From: Leptolyngbyaceae cyanobacterium
GTDB lineage: Bacteria > Cyanobacteriota > Cyanobacteriia > Phormidesmidales > Phormidesmidaceae
NCBI GenBank assembly: GCA_965263355.1
Contig: CBDHHL010000032.1
Location: 704,001 to 768,000, forward strand
Length of the DNA: 64,000 nucleotides
Direction of reading: 5' to 3'
The notes below the pieces were generated by a model that ran no database searches, was not told the origin of the DNA, and saw only the letters and a program-made list of their open reading frames with translations. This document shows positions 50,409 to 59,842 of the stretch, one piece after another. How positions within the stretch are numbered: the first letter of the stretch is position 1; every line of letters begins with the position of its first letter. The position numbers were made by a program, and so were the translations under genes.

Positions 50409-51929
50409 TCAATAAGACCAAAATTGTGGCACCACCTGACTAACCAATTGTCTCATTGTTTTATTAAGGGTCCGGACTGCTTGAATGTGAGGCTCATCCG
50501 GTACGATGGGAACAATCTCTGCAACTGTGCCAGTGTCTAACAAATTAATCACACGATTGGCAGCCTCTAAGCCAGTCACATAGGCTTTTTCCTGGGACCA
50601 TGAACCATGGCGGGTGACAACCCAATCACCGCTCATAAACACATTGCTGAGACTTGTTGTCCCTGGCACCAGATACTGATAGCTACCTGGTGCAAAGTGG
50701 CTTACCCCTTGGGAGATTCTGACCACTGCCTGGTCTACTATATGGGCATCACCAAACGCCGGAATACAGCCAGCTAAATCTTTTTGGGTTAGCTGAATAA
50801 CCTGTTCATCACTTAGCGGTAACAGCTGATTGGCATGGTAGTAGTCTACCTCAATCACACTGCCTGGTTCATCTTTGTATTCATCATGAAGCGCGTTAAG
50901 GTCAAAGAACGTCCAGCCTGTTGTTTGATGAAAGCCAAAACAAGCATTGGACGGCAGGGGCACCTCAATCTTGCGGTCAAACCATAGTCTGGCAGCTAAC
51001 ACATCAATGCCACCCAGGTTTTGCAAATCACGAAATTCAGATCGATTGCGCAGGGCCTCACTCCCGGCAACAATCTTTTTCATGCCGGTAATACCCACTG
51101 AGAAAATGACAGCATCTGTATCAAATGTCTCGTCACCGTTTACCCCAGTACAGATAACCCCAGTCACGCGATTGTCCTCTACCTGCACATCGGCGACTCG
51201 TTTATTGGCCAGTACCTTACCCCCCAGGGACTCAATCCGTTCCACCCAGGGTCGAAAGATCATCTCGCCTACGGTACCCCGACACCAGCGCACATCAAAG
51301 TTAGGCTGGTGGGCCAAAATAAAGTAATACAGCATGCCCAAGGCCGCTGCTGCAGAACATTGCTCACCAGGGGCAAATAATCCTACCAACAACATAGGTT
51401 CAAAGGATTCTTTGTACAGCCGTTCAGAAACGCCATACTGCTTAAATAACTCCCGAGCCGTCATGCCGTCATAGCGTTTCCAGGCATCATCAGAGTTGTC
51501 AAAATCTACCACTGCATATAACAATGGCAGCGCCGATAGCCGATCAGCCAGGGGTAGCCGCTTAAATTGAGTGTAAACAAACGTACCCAGGGGGCTTGGC
51601 AGGTAGGGCATCCTCTGAAACAAAGGGGACTCCACCTCTAAACCAGCGGGTGAGTATTGGGATGAACGCGTATAGGGAGTAAAGGGCTGAATCCCTAGCT
51701 CATCCACCAGGGAGAAAATATTGTTATAGGGATACCAAAAGCCGTGGATGCCAGCTTCCACAGAACGTCCACCAGGGGTTTTCCAACCGGCCACTAAGCC
51801 ACCCGGTTGGGGACCTGCTTCCAATAACGTTACATCATACCCTTGCTTGGCCAGGTGATAGGTGGCTCCTAAACCAGCCCAGCCAGCACCGACAACGATG
51901 ACCTTTTTCCCCATTACAGTAGAATTCAT
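50409..51929 (-). CDS. FAD-dependent oxidoreductase (amine oxidase / carotene desaturase-like family)
   Basis: VIVVGAGWAGL...LLEA...GG dinucleotide fold, EAGIHGFW, GDWV...SQEKAYVTGLEAAN. Confidence 0.88.
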   Translation of the reverse strand: MNSTVMGKKVIVVGAGWAGLGATYHLAKQGYDVTLLEAGPQPGGLVAGWKTPGGRSVEAGIHGFWYPYNNIFSLVDELGIQPFTPYTRSSQYSPAGLEVESPLFQRMPYLPSPLGTFVYTQFKRLPLADRLSALPLLYAVVDFDNSDDAWKRYDGMTARELFKQYGVSERLYKESFEPMLLVGLFAPGEQCSAAAALGMLYYFILAHQPNFDVRWCRGTVGEMIFRPWVERIESLGGKVLANKRVADVQVEDNRVTGVICTGVNGDETFDTDAVIFSVGITGMKKIVAGSEALRNRSEFRDLQNLGGIDVLAARLWFDRKIEVPLPSNACFGFHQTTGWTFFDLNALHDEYKDEPGSVIEVDYYHANQLLPLSDEQVIQLTQKDLAGCIPAFGDAHIVDQAVVRISQGVSHFAPGSYQYLVPGTTSLSNVFMSGDWVVTRHGSWSQEKAYVTGLEAANRVINLLDTGTVAEIVPIVPDEPHIQAVRTLNKTMRQLVSQVVPQFWSY

Positions 51930-52033
51930 AGATGCCCCATACGCCTACCCTTGTACTGTAGACCAAGATTATTGCTTCCGCCGACATTGATACTGCTAGC
52001 TAAGAACTTCATGAACTCTCGGTAAACAGAGGA

Positions 52034-54310
52034 TTATCTCACAATTTCTTCACCTACGGTCATTGTTGCCACAGACCAAGCCATAAAGCCCAAGGCATCG
52101 GCTCGATATCGGCCATCATCGATAGTTGTTGCTATGTCAATCACATCACTCACCAATGACTGCACCGTAGCCGCGTCGGATAGCCTGCTAGCACCGTAAG
52201 CAACACTGACTAACCCCTCTCCCCTATAGCTGGCTTGCATATCTACGATTATGGATAACCAATCGTCTAACAAGGCGTCTGCAGCCGTATCGTCTGACAA
52301 CCCATAAAGCACTGTAGCGGCTGTAAAGAATACGGTTTCTAATCTGCCATAGTCATCATCAATCTGACGCCCTGCTGCCAGTGCTTGTGCTAGCCAGTCT
52401 TTGGCAATAGCCTCATTGGACAGCGATGCATAGATTTTTGCGATCGCAGTCGATACATACATTCTAGTCAGTGGATCATTTGATTTTGCGGCAATAGTCT
52501 CAAGTTGAGTTAGTAGATCACGACTATACGCTTCATTGCCAAGGCCAATGGTGATAGCGGGCAAAAGATGCCAAAAATCTTCTGCCAATGCTATGTTCGA
52601 CTCTAGACCATCGGTTAACGATAATACTCGCTGTAAAAAATCAAACGTTCTAAGCGGTTCTGCCACCACATCCGCATCTGAGGAAGGGGTATAGGCCATT
52701 AACTTAAGCATCTGAACAGGGGCCGCAGTATTTAAGGCGGCCCCTGGCAACGATTCAACCGTAGAGAGTGCAACCTCCAACAACATATTTGCGTTAACCT
52801 CATAGCCCTCACCATACTTGCCCGCTATGGAGAACAATAGGTCTGCTCTGACGTGTCTATCTTGAATGCGGTTACCCAATCTCAAAAAGTGAGCTAAAAG
52901 TTGCTGTTGACTCTCCTCAGATAACATTTTAGAAACCGTGACAAAGCTTGAGAAGACACGTTCATGAGCATGAGCATAAGGCTCTTCTGTATATTGCTCA
53001 ATATCGATAACTGCTAGGGCCTGAGCTAAAAGATCCTGAGCTTTCTCCTGATCAGAGAGCTGGGCATAGCCACCAGCCGCCGCGATTAAAACATTGGCTT
53101 TAATCCAGCTCCCCTGCAACGTACTAGCAACGGCAACGGTCTGTTCCAGATTGCCTGAAGTCCCCATTTTATAGGCCGAATTAGCGGCAGCTTTGGCAAT
53201 CGCGGTAAATGCCCAGTGCCGAGCATCTGGCTCATGAACCTCATCAGCGGCCTTAAACAGCTGTGTTGAAAAATCCTGGTAATGATGATGGTCGGAGAGT
53301 CTGCCATAGTTATTGGCAATTGCAGCTAATAGAGACGCTTTCTTTGAGGCATTTTCAATAGTGTTGGCAACTCTCAAAGACTCGGCTAACACGTCCTTAA
53401 CCCTGGCAGCATCAGCTGTCCGTTCAGCTAACACAGCGCTGTTAGCCCACACACGGGCCTTATGTTCATCATCTTGCATGGTGTCGGCAAGACTCAAAAA
53501 ATGCTCCAATAAGTCCTCATCTACAGCATCGTTTGCCAAACTATTGATTAAGCCAGTTAATCTGTCCAGGTTAACTAGTTTATTAGAATCATTAGGCAAA
53601 CTAGCCAGTGCATCTATGGCTTGATGAACAAGATCTACAGCCGTAGTATCATCCGAACGTTGGTGATAGATTTCAGACAGTTGCCTTAAATCATGAAATT
53701 TTGATAGTCCATCAGGCATAGTACTGATTATCACCAGTACCTGGTTATTTAGCTCGCCGACAAGAGAGAGATTTGAAAAAGACTCATTCCCATAACGAAT
53801 AATGCCACCTAAAATCGACGATTTTATCTCTTCGTCCTCCATTGTGTCAGCCAGACTCAATATCTGATTAAACACATGGTAAGCGATAGCTTCATCTGAG
53901 AAAGCACCTGCTTCTCTTAAAATATCATCTGCAAAAGAGGGATCTGTTTTCGCTACTGTCTCTAACGTTTCGTTTACGATTGTGAGCACCTCATAGGATA
54001 GCTCTTCAACTGCAGCCTTGTCTGAGAGCCTGTCGTAGCTTTGTGCAATTTTGATCAACGCTTTAGCCTTTTGTTCACCTTGAATATCGTCAGCGGCTGT
54101 TCGAAGCTGTTCTAATAACGCCCTGGCAACAACTGGATCAAGACGTGTCTCTGGCTCTGTTACACTTCCATCACCTGACTCACTCAGCTGTGCTGTTTCT
54201 GTCTGGGCCCGACTCGTTGGCACTGCATGTAGCCAACTATGTCCACCGACCAGTAGCGATGTCAGTAACGTTAGGATAAACACTAAACTTCGCTGTTTTT
54301 TCTGTCGCAT
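52034..54310 (-). CDS. Secreted acidic alpha-solenoid (TPR-like) repeat protein, paralogue 3
   Basis: Signal peptide MRQKKQRSLVFILTLLTSLLVGG...SRA|Q; about 40-aa helical repeats of the form A..L..IA..Y..LSD...A..LL.QAL; C-terminus SVATMTVGEE. Confidence 0.8.
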   Translation of the reverse strand: MRQKKQRSLVFILTLLTSLLVGGHSWLHAVPTSRAQTETAQLSESGDGSVTEPETRLDPVVARALLEQLRTAADDIQGEQKAKALIKIAQSYDRLSDKAAVEELSYEVLTIVNETLETVAKTDPSFADDILREAGAFSDEAIAYHVFNQILSLADTMEDEEIKSSILGGIIRYGNESFSNLSLVGELNNQVLVIISTMPDGLSKFHDLRQLSEIYHQRSDDTTAVDLVHQAIDALASLPNDSNKLVNLDRLTGLINSLANDAVDEDLLEHFLSLADTMQDDEHKARVWANSAVLAERTADAARVKDVLAESLRVANTIENASKKASLLAAIANNYGRLSDHHHYQDFSTQLFKAADEVHEPDARHWAFTAIAKAAANSAYKMGTSGNLEQTVAVASTLQGSWIKANVLIAAAGGYAQLSDQEKAQDLLAQALAVIDIEQYTEEPYAHAHERVFSSFVTVSKMLSEESQQQLLAHFLRLGNRIQDRHVRADLLFSIAGKYGEGYEVNANMLLEVALSTVESLPGAALNTAAPVQMLKLMAYTPSSDADVVAEPLRTFDFLQRVLSLTDGLESNIALAEDFWHLLPAITIGLGNEAYSRDLLTQLETIAAKSNDPLTRMYVSTAIAKIYASLSNEAIAKDWLAQALAAGRQIDDDYGRLETVFFTAATVLYGLSDDTAADALLDDWLSIIVDMQASYRGEGLVSVAYGASRLSDAATVQSLVSDVIDIATTIDDGRYRADALGFMAWSVATMTVGEEIVR

Positions 54311-54461
54311 TGATCAATCCTTTTCTTCGACGAGTTATCAGGAAACTAAGCAGGCATTTAAGAACTAAAGGATTACTCAGCCAAAATCAGTATTATTCCG
54401 TTCAGGATCAAGAAAAAGCACATTTTTAGCTGATATCTTTATTGAGCGTTGCAAAGAATGA

Positions 54462-56714
54462 TTATTTCTTAAGTTCTTCACCTATGGCCATTGTTGCGAC
54501 AGAGTTGGCCATCGCCCCCAATGCACTGGCCCTGTACAGAGACCCATCAATAGTCCTTGAAATCTCAATGAAATCCCTTACCAAGGGTCGAACTATACTC
54601 TCATCCGATAGTCGCTTAGACGCTGATGCAATGACCTGTAATCCAGCTCCCTTCGTGTGGCCATGCTGCATTCCTTCAGTGATAGTTAACCACTGACCCA
54701 ACCACGCTTGCACCGCTGTTTCATCCGAAAACATGTCAATTACGGCTTGCATAAGGGGCATAGTGGCTATTCTGAAATCTTCATTTTCAATGGTTTCACC
54801 TGCGGCTAAGGCACGATTTAACCAGTCCTTGGCAACGGCTTCATCGGATAGGGTGGCGTAGATTTTTGCGATCGCAATCGATATATCCGCCTTAAAAATA
54901 GGATCCTGAGAGCGGTTGGACATCACCAGTAGCTGATCTAACAGAGTATTGATGGCGTTCTTATCCGAAAGATTAATTATCATGCGGGAAACACTATCAA
55001 AGAATCCCAGGCCTCCAAGCTCTTTTTCAAAACCCTGGGCATGGGTCAACACCTGTTGCAAAAAAGCTGTTGTGGCCGCCTCGTCAGATATTGCCCCAGG
55101 CTCTAACATTATAGAATCCAAAAGACGCAAAGTATTATTTAGAACAGCCGGTTTTTCTGACCTGTTCTGAATGGCATCAGATGTGGCTAACGCCTTTTCC
55201 AACAACGGATACATCAAGACTTCATGTTGCTGACCGACACTCCTGACAAGGTCAAACAATAGATAACTCAACAGCTTCTGGTCATCCATACGCTCAAGCT
55301 TTGTCAAAAACTGTTCAATTAGTTGCTGCCCCGCAGCTTGATCCGGTAACATGGCAGAAACTGTTATAAAATTGATAGCTGCCTGTTTATCGCCATAGTC
55401 ATACTGCTGTGCATCCACCATGGTCAGTGCCTGGTTTAAGAGAGTTTTAGCCGTTGTCTCATCGGATAGCTTACTATGGCCTCCAGCAATAATAACTAAA
55501 GCCTGGGCTCTAGCCCAGCCGTCTGGGAGTTTGTTAGCCATGGTCATCGCCTGATTCAAGGTTTCCCTACTGGCCGTCTCATCATCCGGTGTTACGGCTG
55601 CTTCTATGGCAGCAATTAACAGCCTGGGCCGATATTCAGCCACCTGGGCCGTCTCAACAGTCTGAAAAATAAGTGTTAAGACTTCCTGGGAGCGACTTTT
55701 ATCAGATAGCTGTCTGTACTGATTTATCATCGCACCTAAAATAAAGACCTTTGATTCGACATTCGGTACTGTCTTTACAGACTTTAGGGACTGTTGCACA
55801 ATATCTTGCACTATTGTTGACTGGTCTAATCGATCTGCCAGGGACATTGCCTTAGTCAACACATAGAGCCTATTAACGTTATCCTGAAACGTATCAGCAA
55901 ATGCTAATACCTGATTGAGTAAGGCGTCATCCAGGGCTGCATCTGGCAATTGGCCTATCACGGAGAAATGATTTAATGAAGAAAACGGATCTAGCTTAGT
56001 ATCGTCAGTCTCAAGGGCACTGGCCACCACAAGCGATTGATTGAGCAGTTTCACTGCCCTGGCAGCATCTGAACGTTGGGCGTAAAATTGAGCAAAGGTC
56101 AATAATTCCTTGGACTGCGCTTCCCCCATTGGTCTATCAGTAGCTATTTGTATGGCTTGCTCAACCAGGTCATCGACCATAGTCTTATCTGAGAGCACAT
56201 CATCAGCTGCAAAGATAAGGTTACCCAACAGATAAATACGATCAAAATCATCTTCAATGGCAGTAACAATATCCAGAGCCTGGCTCAGAAGCTGAGCCGC
56301 CATGGCTTCATCTGACAGCAAGTTTACGTACCTTAAAATCTTATCTAAGGTGTTAATGTCAGAGGTTTTATCAACTTTTTCTATTGCCTCATGTAGCAAA
56401 GCAGTAACAGTGGCTTCATCGGATAGTCGACTGTAGCCTTGTGCAATTTCAACCAAGGCAATGGCTTGTTGGTCCTTGCCCGGAATCTCAGTGGCAGCAA
56501 CTCGAAGCTGACCCAACAGGTCCTTAGCCACAGCTGGGTCCAAGCGTTCTTCCTGTTTTAGGACGTTTTGATTATTTTCTGTGCTCTGCTGAACTGTTTC
56601 AATTTGAGCCCAGTTTGCTGGTATCGCATATAGACAACCATTTCCACCTATCACCAGCGACGCCAGTAGCACCAGGATAGGCCCTAAATTCTTCTGTTGT
56701 TTATTTTGTCTCAT
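54462..56714 (-). CDS. Secreted acidic alpha-solenoid (TPR-like) repeat protein, paralogue 2
   Basis: Signal peptide ...ILVLLASLVIGG...NWA|Q; RLDPAVAKDLL; same repeat; C-terminus SVATMAIGEE. Confidence 0.8.
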   Translation of the reverse strand: MRQNKQQKNLGPILVLLASLVIGGNGCLYAIPANWAQIETVQQSTENNQNVLKQEERLDPAVAKDLLGQLRVAATEIPGKDQQAIALVEIAQGYSRLSDEATVTALLHEAIEKVDKTSDINTLDKILRYVNLLSDEAMAAQLLSQALDIVTAIEDDFDRIYLLGNLIFAADDVLSDKTMVDDLVEQAIQIATDRPMGEAQSKELLTFAQFYAQRSDAARAVKLLNQSLVVASALETDDTKLDPFSSLNHFSVIGQLPDAALDDALLNQVLAFADTFQDNVNRLYVLTKAMSLADRLDQSTIVQDIVQQSLKSVKTVPNVESKVFILGAMINQYRQLSDKSRSQEVLTLIFQTVETAQVAEYRPRLLIAAIEAAVTPDDETASRETLNQAMTMANKLPDGWARAQALVIIAGGHSKLSDETTAKTLLNQALTMVDAQQYDYGDKQAAINFITVSAMLPDQAAGQQLIEQFLTKLERMDDQKLLSYLLFDLVRSVGQQHEVLMYPLLEKALATSDAIQNRSEKPAVLNNTLRLLDSIMLEPGAISDEAATTAFLQQVLTHAQGFEKELGGLGFFDSVSRMIINLSDKNAINTLLDQLLVMSNRSQDPIFKADISIAIAKIYATLSDEAVAKDWLNRALAAGETIENEDFRIATMPLMQAVIDMFSDETAVQAWLGQWLTITEGMQHGHTKGAGLQVIASASKRLSDESIVRPLVRDFIEISRTIDGSLYRASALGAMANSVATMAIGEELKK

Positions 56715-56763
56715 TAGTCATTCCTTAAAGGGATAGCCCCTACGAGGTTACCTGGGTTGTTTG

Positions 56764-59022
56764 CTAATTTTCTTCGCCTACGGCCATCGTTGCGACAGAG
56801 TTGGCCATCGCACCCAATGCATCGGCTGTATACAGCTCGTACTCGATAGTTCTTGAGATTTTAATCACATCCCTTACCAATGGCCGAATCACACTCTCAT
56901 CTGATAAATTATTGGAGGCTGAAGCGATAATATTTAACCCAGAGCCCTTAATGTTGCTGTGGTGCATTCCCTCAGTGAGAGTTAACCACTGACTCAGCCA
57001 AGCCTGTACAGCTGTGTCATCTGACAACAGGTCCGTCACCGCTGCCATGCGGGCTATGGTAGTCATTCTGCCACCTTCTGAGTCAATGCGTTGACCTGCG
57101 GCTAAGGCACGATTTAACCAGTCCTTGGCAGCCGCTTCATCGGATAGGGCTGTGTAGATTTTTGCGATCGCAATCGCCACATTCATCTCAAAACCAGGAT
57201 CCTGAGACCGACTAGACAACACCAACAACTGATCTAACAGAGTATTTATATGATTCTCATCCGAGAGCTTAACCACTACGTGGGAAAAACTCTCAAAAAA
57301 TCCTGTACTGCCAATCTCTGCTTCAAAGCCTTGGGTATAGGTCAACACTTGTTGCAAGAGGGCTGTTGTTGCTGTCTCATCAGATACGGTTCCAGTATCC
57401 AACATCATAAAACTCAGTTGACGCAAAGTCCTATGCAGAATATTCGTTTTTACCGACTGCTTCTGAATTGTCTCAAAGGTAGCTAATGCCTTTTCTAACA
57501 GCAAATACGTCATGGCTTCATCCGGCTGAGGAGAGTTATTAGCTAGGCTAAATAATAAAGATGCCAATAACTCTTTGTCATACATCTGCTTAAGCATGGT
57601 CAAACATTGATTAATCAGTTTCTGACCCATAGCCCTATCCGACAACATGCCAGAAACTGTCATAAAATCGATGACCGCCTGTTGATGTCCATAGTCATAC
57701 TTTTGGACATCAACCATGGTCAATGCCTGGTTTAAGAGAGTTTCAGCCGTTGCTTCATCGGCTAGCTGGTCATAGCCCCAAGCAATGGTAATTAACCCAT
57801 GGGCTCTAGTCCAGCCCTCTGGTAGCTGGTTGGCGATAGCCATCGCCTGGCTCAAGTTTTGTCTACTGGCGGCCTCATCAGCAGGTGTTACTGCCACTCC
57901 TACAGCAGCAAGTAGTAAACTGAGTCGATGCTCAGATACCTGAATCGTTTCAACAACCTGAAAGATTTGCGTTAAAACATCCTGGGAACGACTTTCATCG
58001 GATAGCTGCCCATAGCGGTTGATAATCTCGCCTAAGGCACTAACCTTTGACCAGGCTTCTGAGAGTGTTTTTGTAGATTCTATGTATTCGTATAACATAA
58101 CCTCCACCTTTTCTGAGTGCCCCAATCGATCCGCCAAAGAGATTCCACTAGTCAGAAAATAGATCCGATAGTTCTCATCCTGGATCGTATTGCTAACTGT
58201 TAATAATTGATTTAATAAAGCCTCATCAAGAATTGCATCTGGCAGTCTTTCCACCAAATCAAAATGTTCTAACAACACACTTATCTTGGCGTCATCCTCT
58301 TCAAGGGTATCGGCTACGACAAGGGACTGTTTTAGCAGCTTGACCGCCATACTATAATCTGAACGGTTTTCGTAAAAATTAGCAAAGATCAACAATTCAT
58401 TTGACTTTGCTTTCCCTATGGGCCTGTTAGCCGATAATTGCATGGTTCGACCAACCAGGTCATCGACCATAGCCTTATCTGAGAGCCTATCATCAGCTGT
58501 AAATAGAAGGTGAGCCAACAGAAAGGCGCGGTCAAAATCATCTTCAATGGCAATCACACTATCAAGGGTTTGGTTCAGAAGTTGGGCCACCACGGCTTTA
58601 TCTGAAAGCAAGTCCATATAGCTTAAAATTCTGCCTATGGCGCTAGTCCCTGAGGTTTTGTCGATCGTTGCCATGGCCTCATGGAACAAAGCGGTGACAG
58701 TGGCCTCATCGGATAGTCGGCTATAGCTACGGGCAATTTCAACCAAGGCAATCGCTTGCTGGTCCTTGTCCTGAATCTCATTGGCAGCCGTTCGAAGCTG
58801 ATCCAACAGTTCCTTCGCCACTGCTGGATCTAAATGTTCTCTCTGTTTTGGGGCATTTTTATCATTCTCTGGGTGCTGTTGAGATATGTCTGATTGAGCC
58901 CAACTGGCTGGCACTGCATATAGCCAACTATTTCCACCTGCCACTAACGATGTCAGTAAAGTCAAGGACAACGTCAATAGTTTAAGGGCCGCACCCACAC
59001 TCTGCTGCTGATTTGATTTCAT
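56764..59022 (-). CDS. Secreted acidic alpha-solenoid (TPR-like) repeat protein, paralogue 1
   Basis: Signal peptide ...LTLLTSLVAGG...SWA|Q; HLDPAVAKELL; same repeat; C-terminus SVATMAVGEE. Confidence 0.8.
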   Translation of the reverse strand: MKSNQQQSVGAALKLLTLSLTLLTSLVAGGNSWLYAVPASWAQSDISQQHPENDKNAPKQREHLDPAVAKELLDQLRTAANEIQDKDQQAIALVEIARSYSRLSDEATVTALFHEAMATIDKTSGTSAIGRILSYMDLLSDKAVVAQLLNQTLDSVIAIEDDFDRAFLLAHLLFTADDRLSDKAMVDDLVGRTMQLSANRPIGKAKSNELLIFANFYENRSDYSMAVKLLKQSLVVADTLEEDDAKISVLLEHFDLVERLPDAILDEALLNQLLTVSNTIQDENYRIYFLTSGISLADRLGHSEKVEVMLYEYIESTKTLSEAWSKVSALGEIINRYGQLSDESRSQDVLTQIFQVVETIQVSEHRLSLLLAAVGVAVTPADEAASRQNLSQAMAIANQLPEGWTRAHGLITIAWGYDQLADEATAETLLNQALTMVDVQKYDYGHQQAVIDFMTVSGMLSDRAMGQKLINQCLTMLKQMYDKELLASLLFSLANNSPQPDEAMTYLLLEKALATFETIQKQSVKTNILHRTLRQLSFMMLDTGTVSDETATTALLQQVLTYTQGFEAEIGSTGFFESFSHVVVKLSDENHINTLLDQLLVLSSRSQDPGFEMNVAIAIAKIYTALSDEAAAKDWLNRALAAGQRIDSEGGRMTTIARMAAVTDLLSDDTAVQAWLSQWLTLTEGMHHSNIKGSGLNIIASASNNLSDESVIRPLVRDVIKISRTIEYELYTADALGAMANSVATMAVGEEN

Positions 59023-59175
59023 AGCTTACTCCTCTCAATGCCCCAATCAGGGAACTCACTGAGGAATGATTCAGAATAAATGGCGAATATTCCGTCTAAG
59101 CTAATGAAAATCAACGATTATAAGGCCTAACTTCATCAAGCCTTTGCAAAAGAGTTGAATTGCAGGAACGAACAG

Positions 59176-59451
59176 CTATTCTACTTCATCCTTAGCCTGC
59201 CTTTGAGTTGATTGCATCGCTAAACTTAACTCCTTTAAATCAGTCAAGTTATAAAGCTCTAGCAACTTCTTAGTTTGAGCTGGTGTTAAAACGGGTAAAC
59301 CTTTAGCGGCTTCCCAGTTTCTAATCTGTTTACTCGTGATTTTTTGAGCCGATTGCTCTTTACTTAAACCACTGTTGAGAGCAGCAACAACTTGATCAAA
59401 TGTCAGATTGACCGACTTACGGAGCTGCCTTAAATCTGTACCTGGCTGCAT
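59176..59451 (-). CDS. Small XRE-family helix-turn-helix protein
   Basis: LRQLRKSVNLTFDQVVAAL...IRNWE...LPVLTPAQTKKLLELY; about 9-aa insertion in the turn. Confidence 0.8.
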   Translation of the reverse strand: MQPGTDLRQLRKSVNLTFDQVVAALNSGLSKEQSAQKITSKQIRNWEAAKGLPVLTPAQTKKLLELYNLTDLKELSLAMQSTQRQAKDEVE

Positions 59452-59519
59452 AGTTTAATGTATTTCCTGTATTTTGTGTTCTATACCACTAAGCGATGCG
59501 TTTACAACCAATCATTCCC

Positions 59520-59735
59520 TTAGTCATCTCCAGCGGCAGACTTGGTAACGGCCTCCACCAATTGCTCCAAAGTCGCATCATATAGTTCAAGCAAATCAAG
59601 CATTTGCTGAGGGTTACGGGTGGGTAACTTTTCCCCAGTTTCCCAGGCTTCAATCAACGACTCCTCAAGACCAAGACGAGATGCTATATCTTCTACGCTC
59701 AGCTCTTGCTTTTCCCTTAATTCCGTGAGATTCAT
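59520..59735 (-). CDS. Small XRE-family helix-turn-helix protein
   Basis: LTELREKQELSVEDIASRLG...IEAWETG-KLPTRNPQQMLDLLELY. Confidence 0.82.
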   Translation of the reverse strand: MNLTELREKQELSVEDIASRLGLEESLIEAWETGEKLPTRNPQQMLDLLELYDATLEQLVEAVTKSAAGDD

Positions 59736-59842
59736 ACGTTACTTTTAGAATCCTAACCATTAGTGTGCCAATTATAGTTAGAGTAATCAACATATTTAAC
59801 ATCTGTGTGTATTGTTTATTCTTTTTTAGCTAAATAAGTAAT

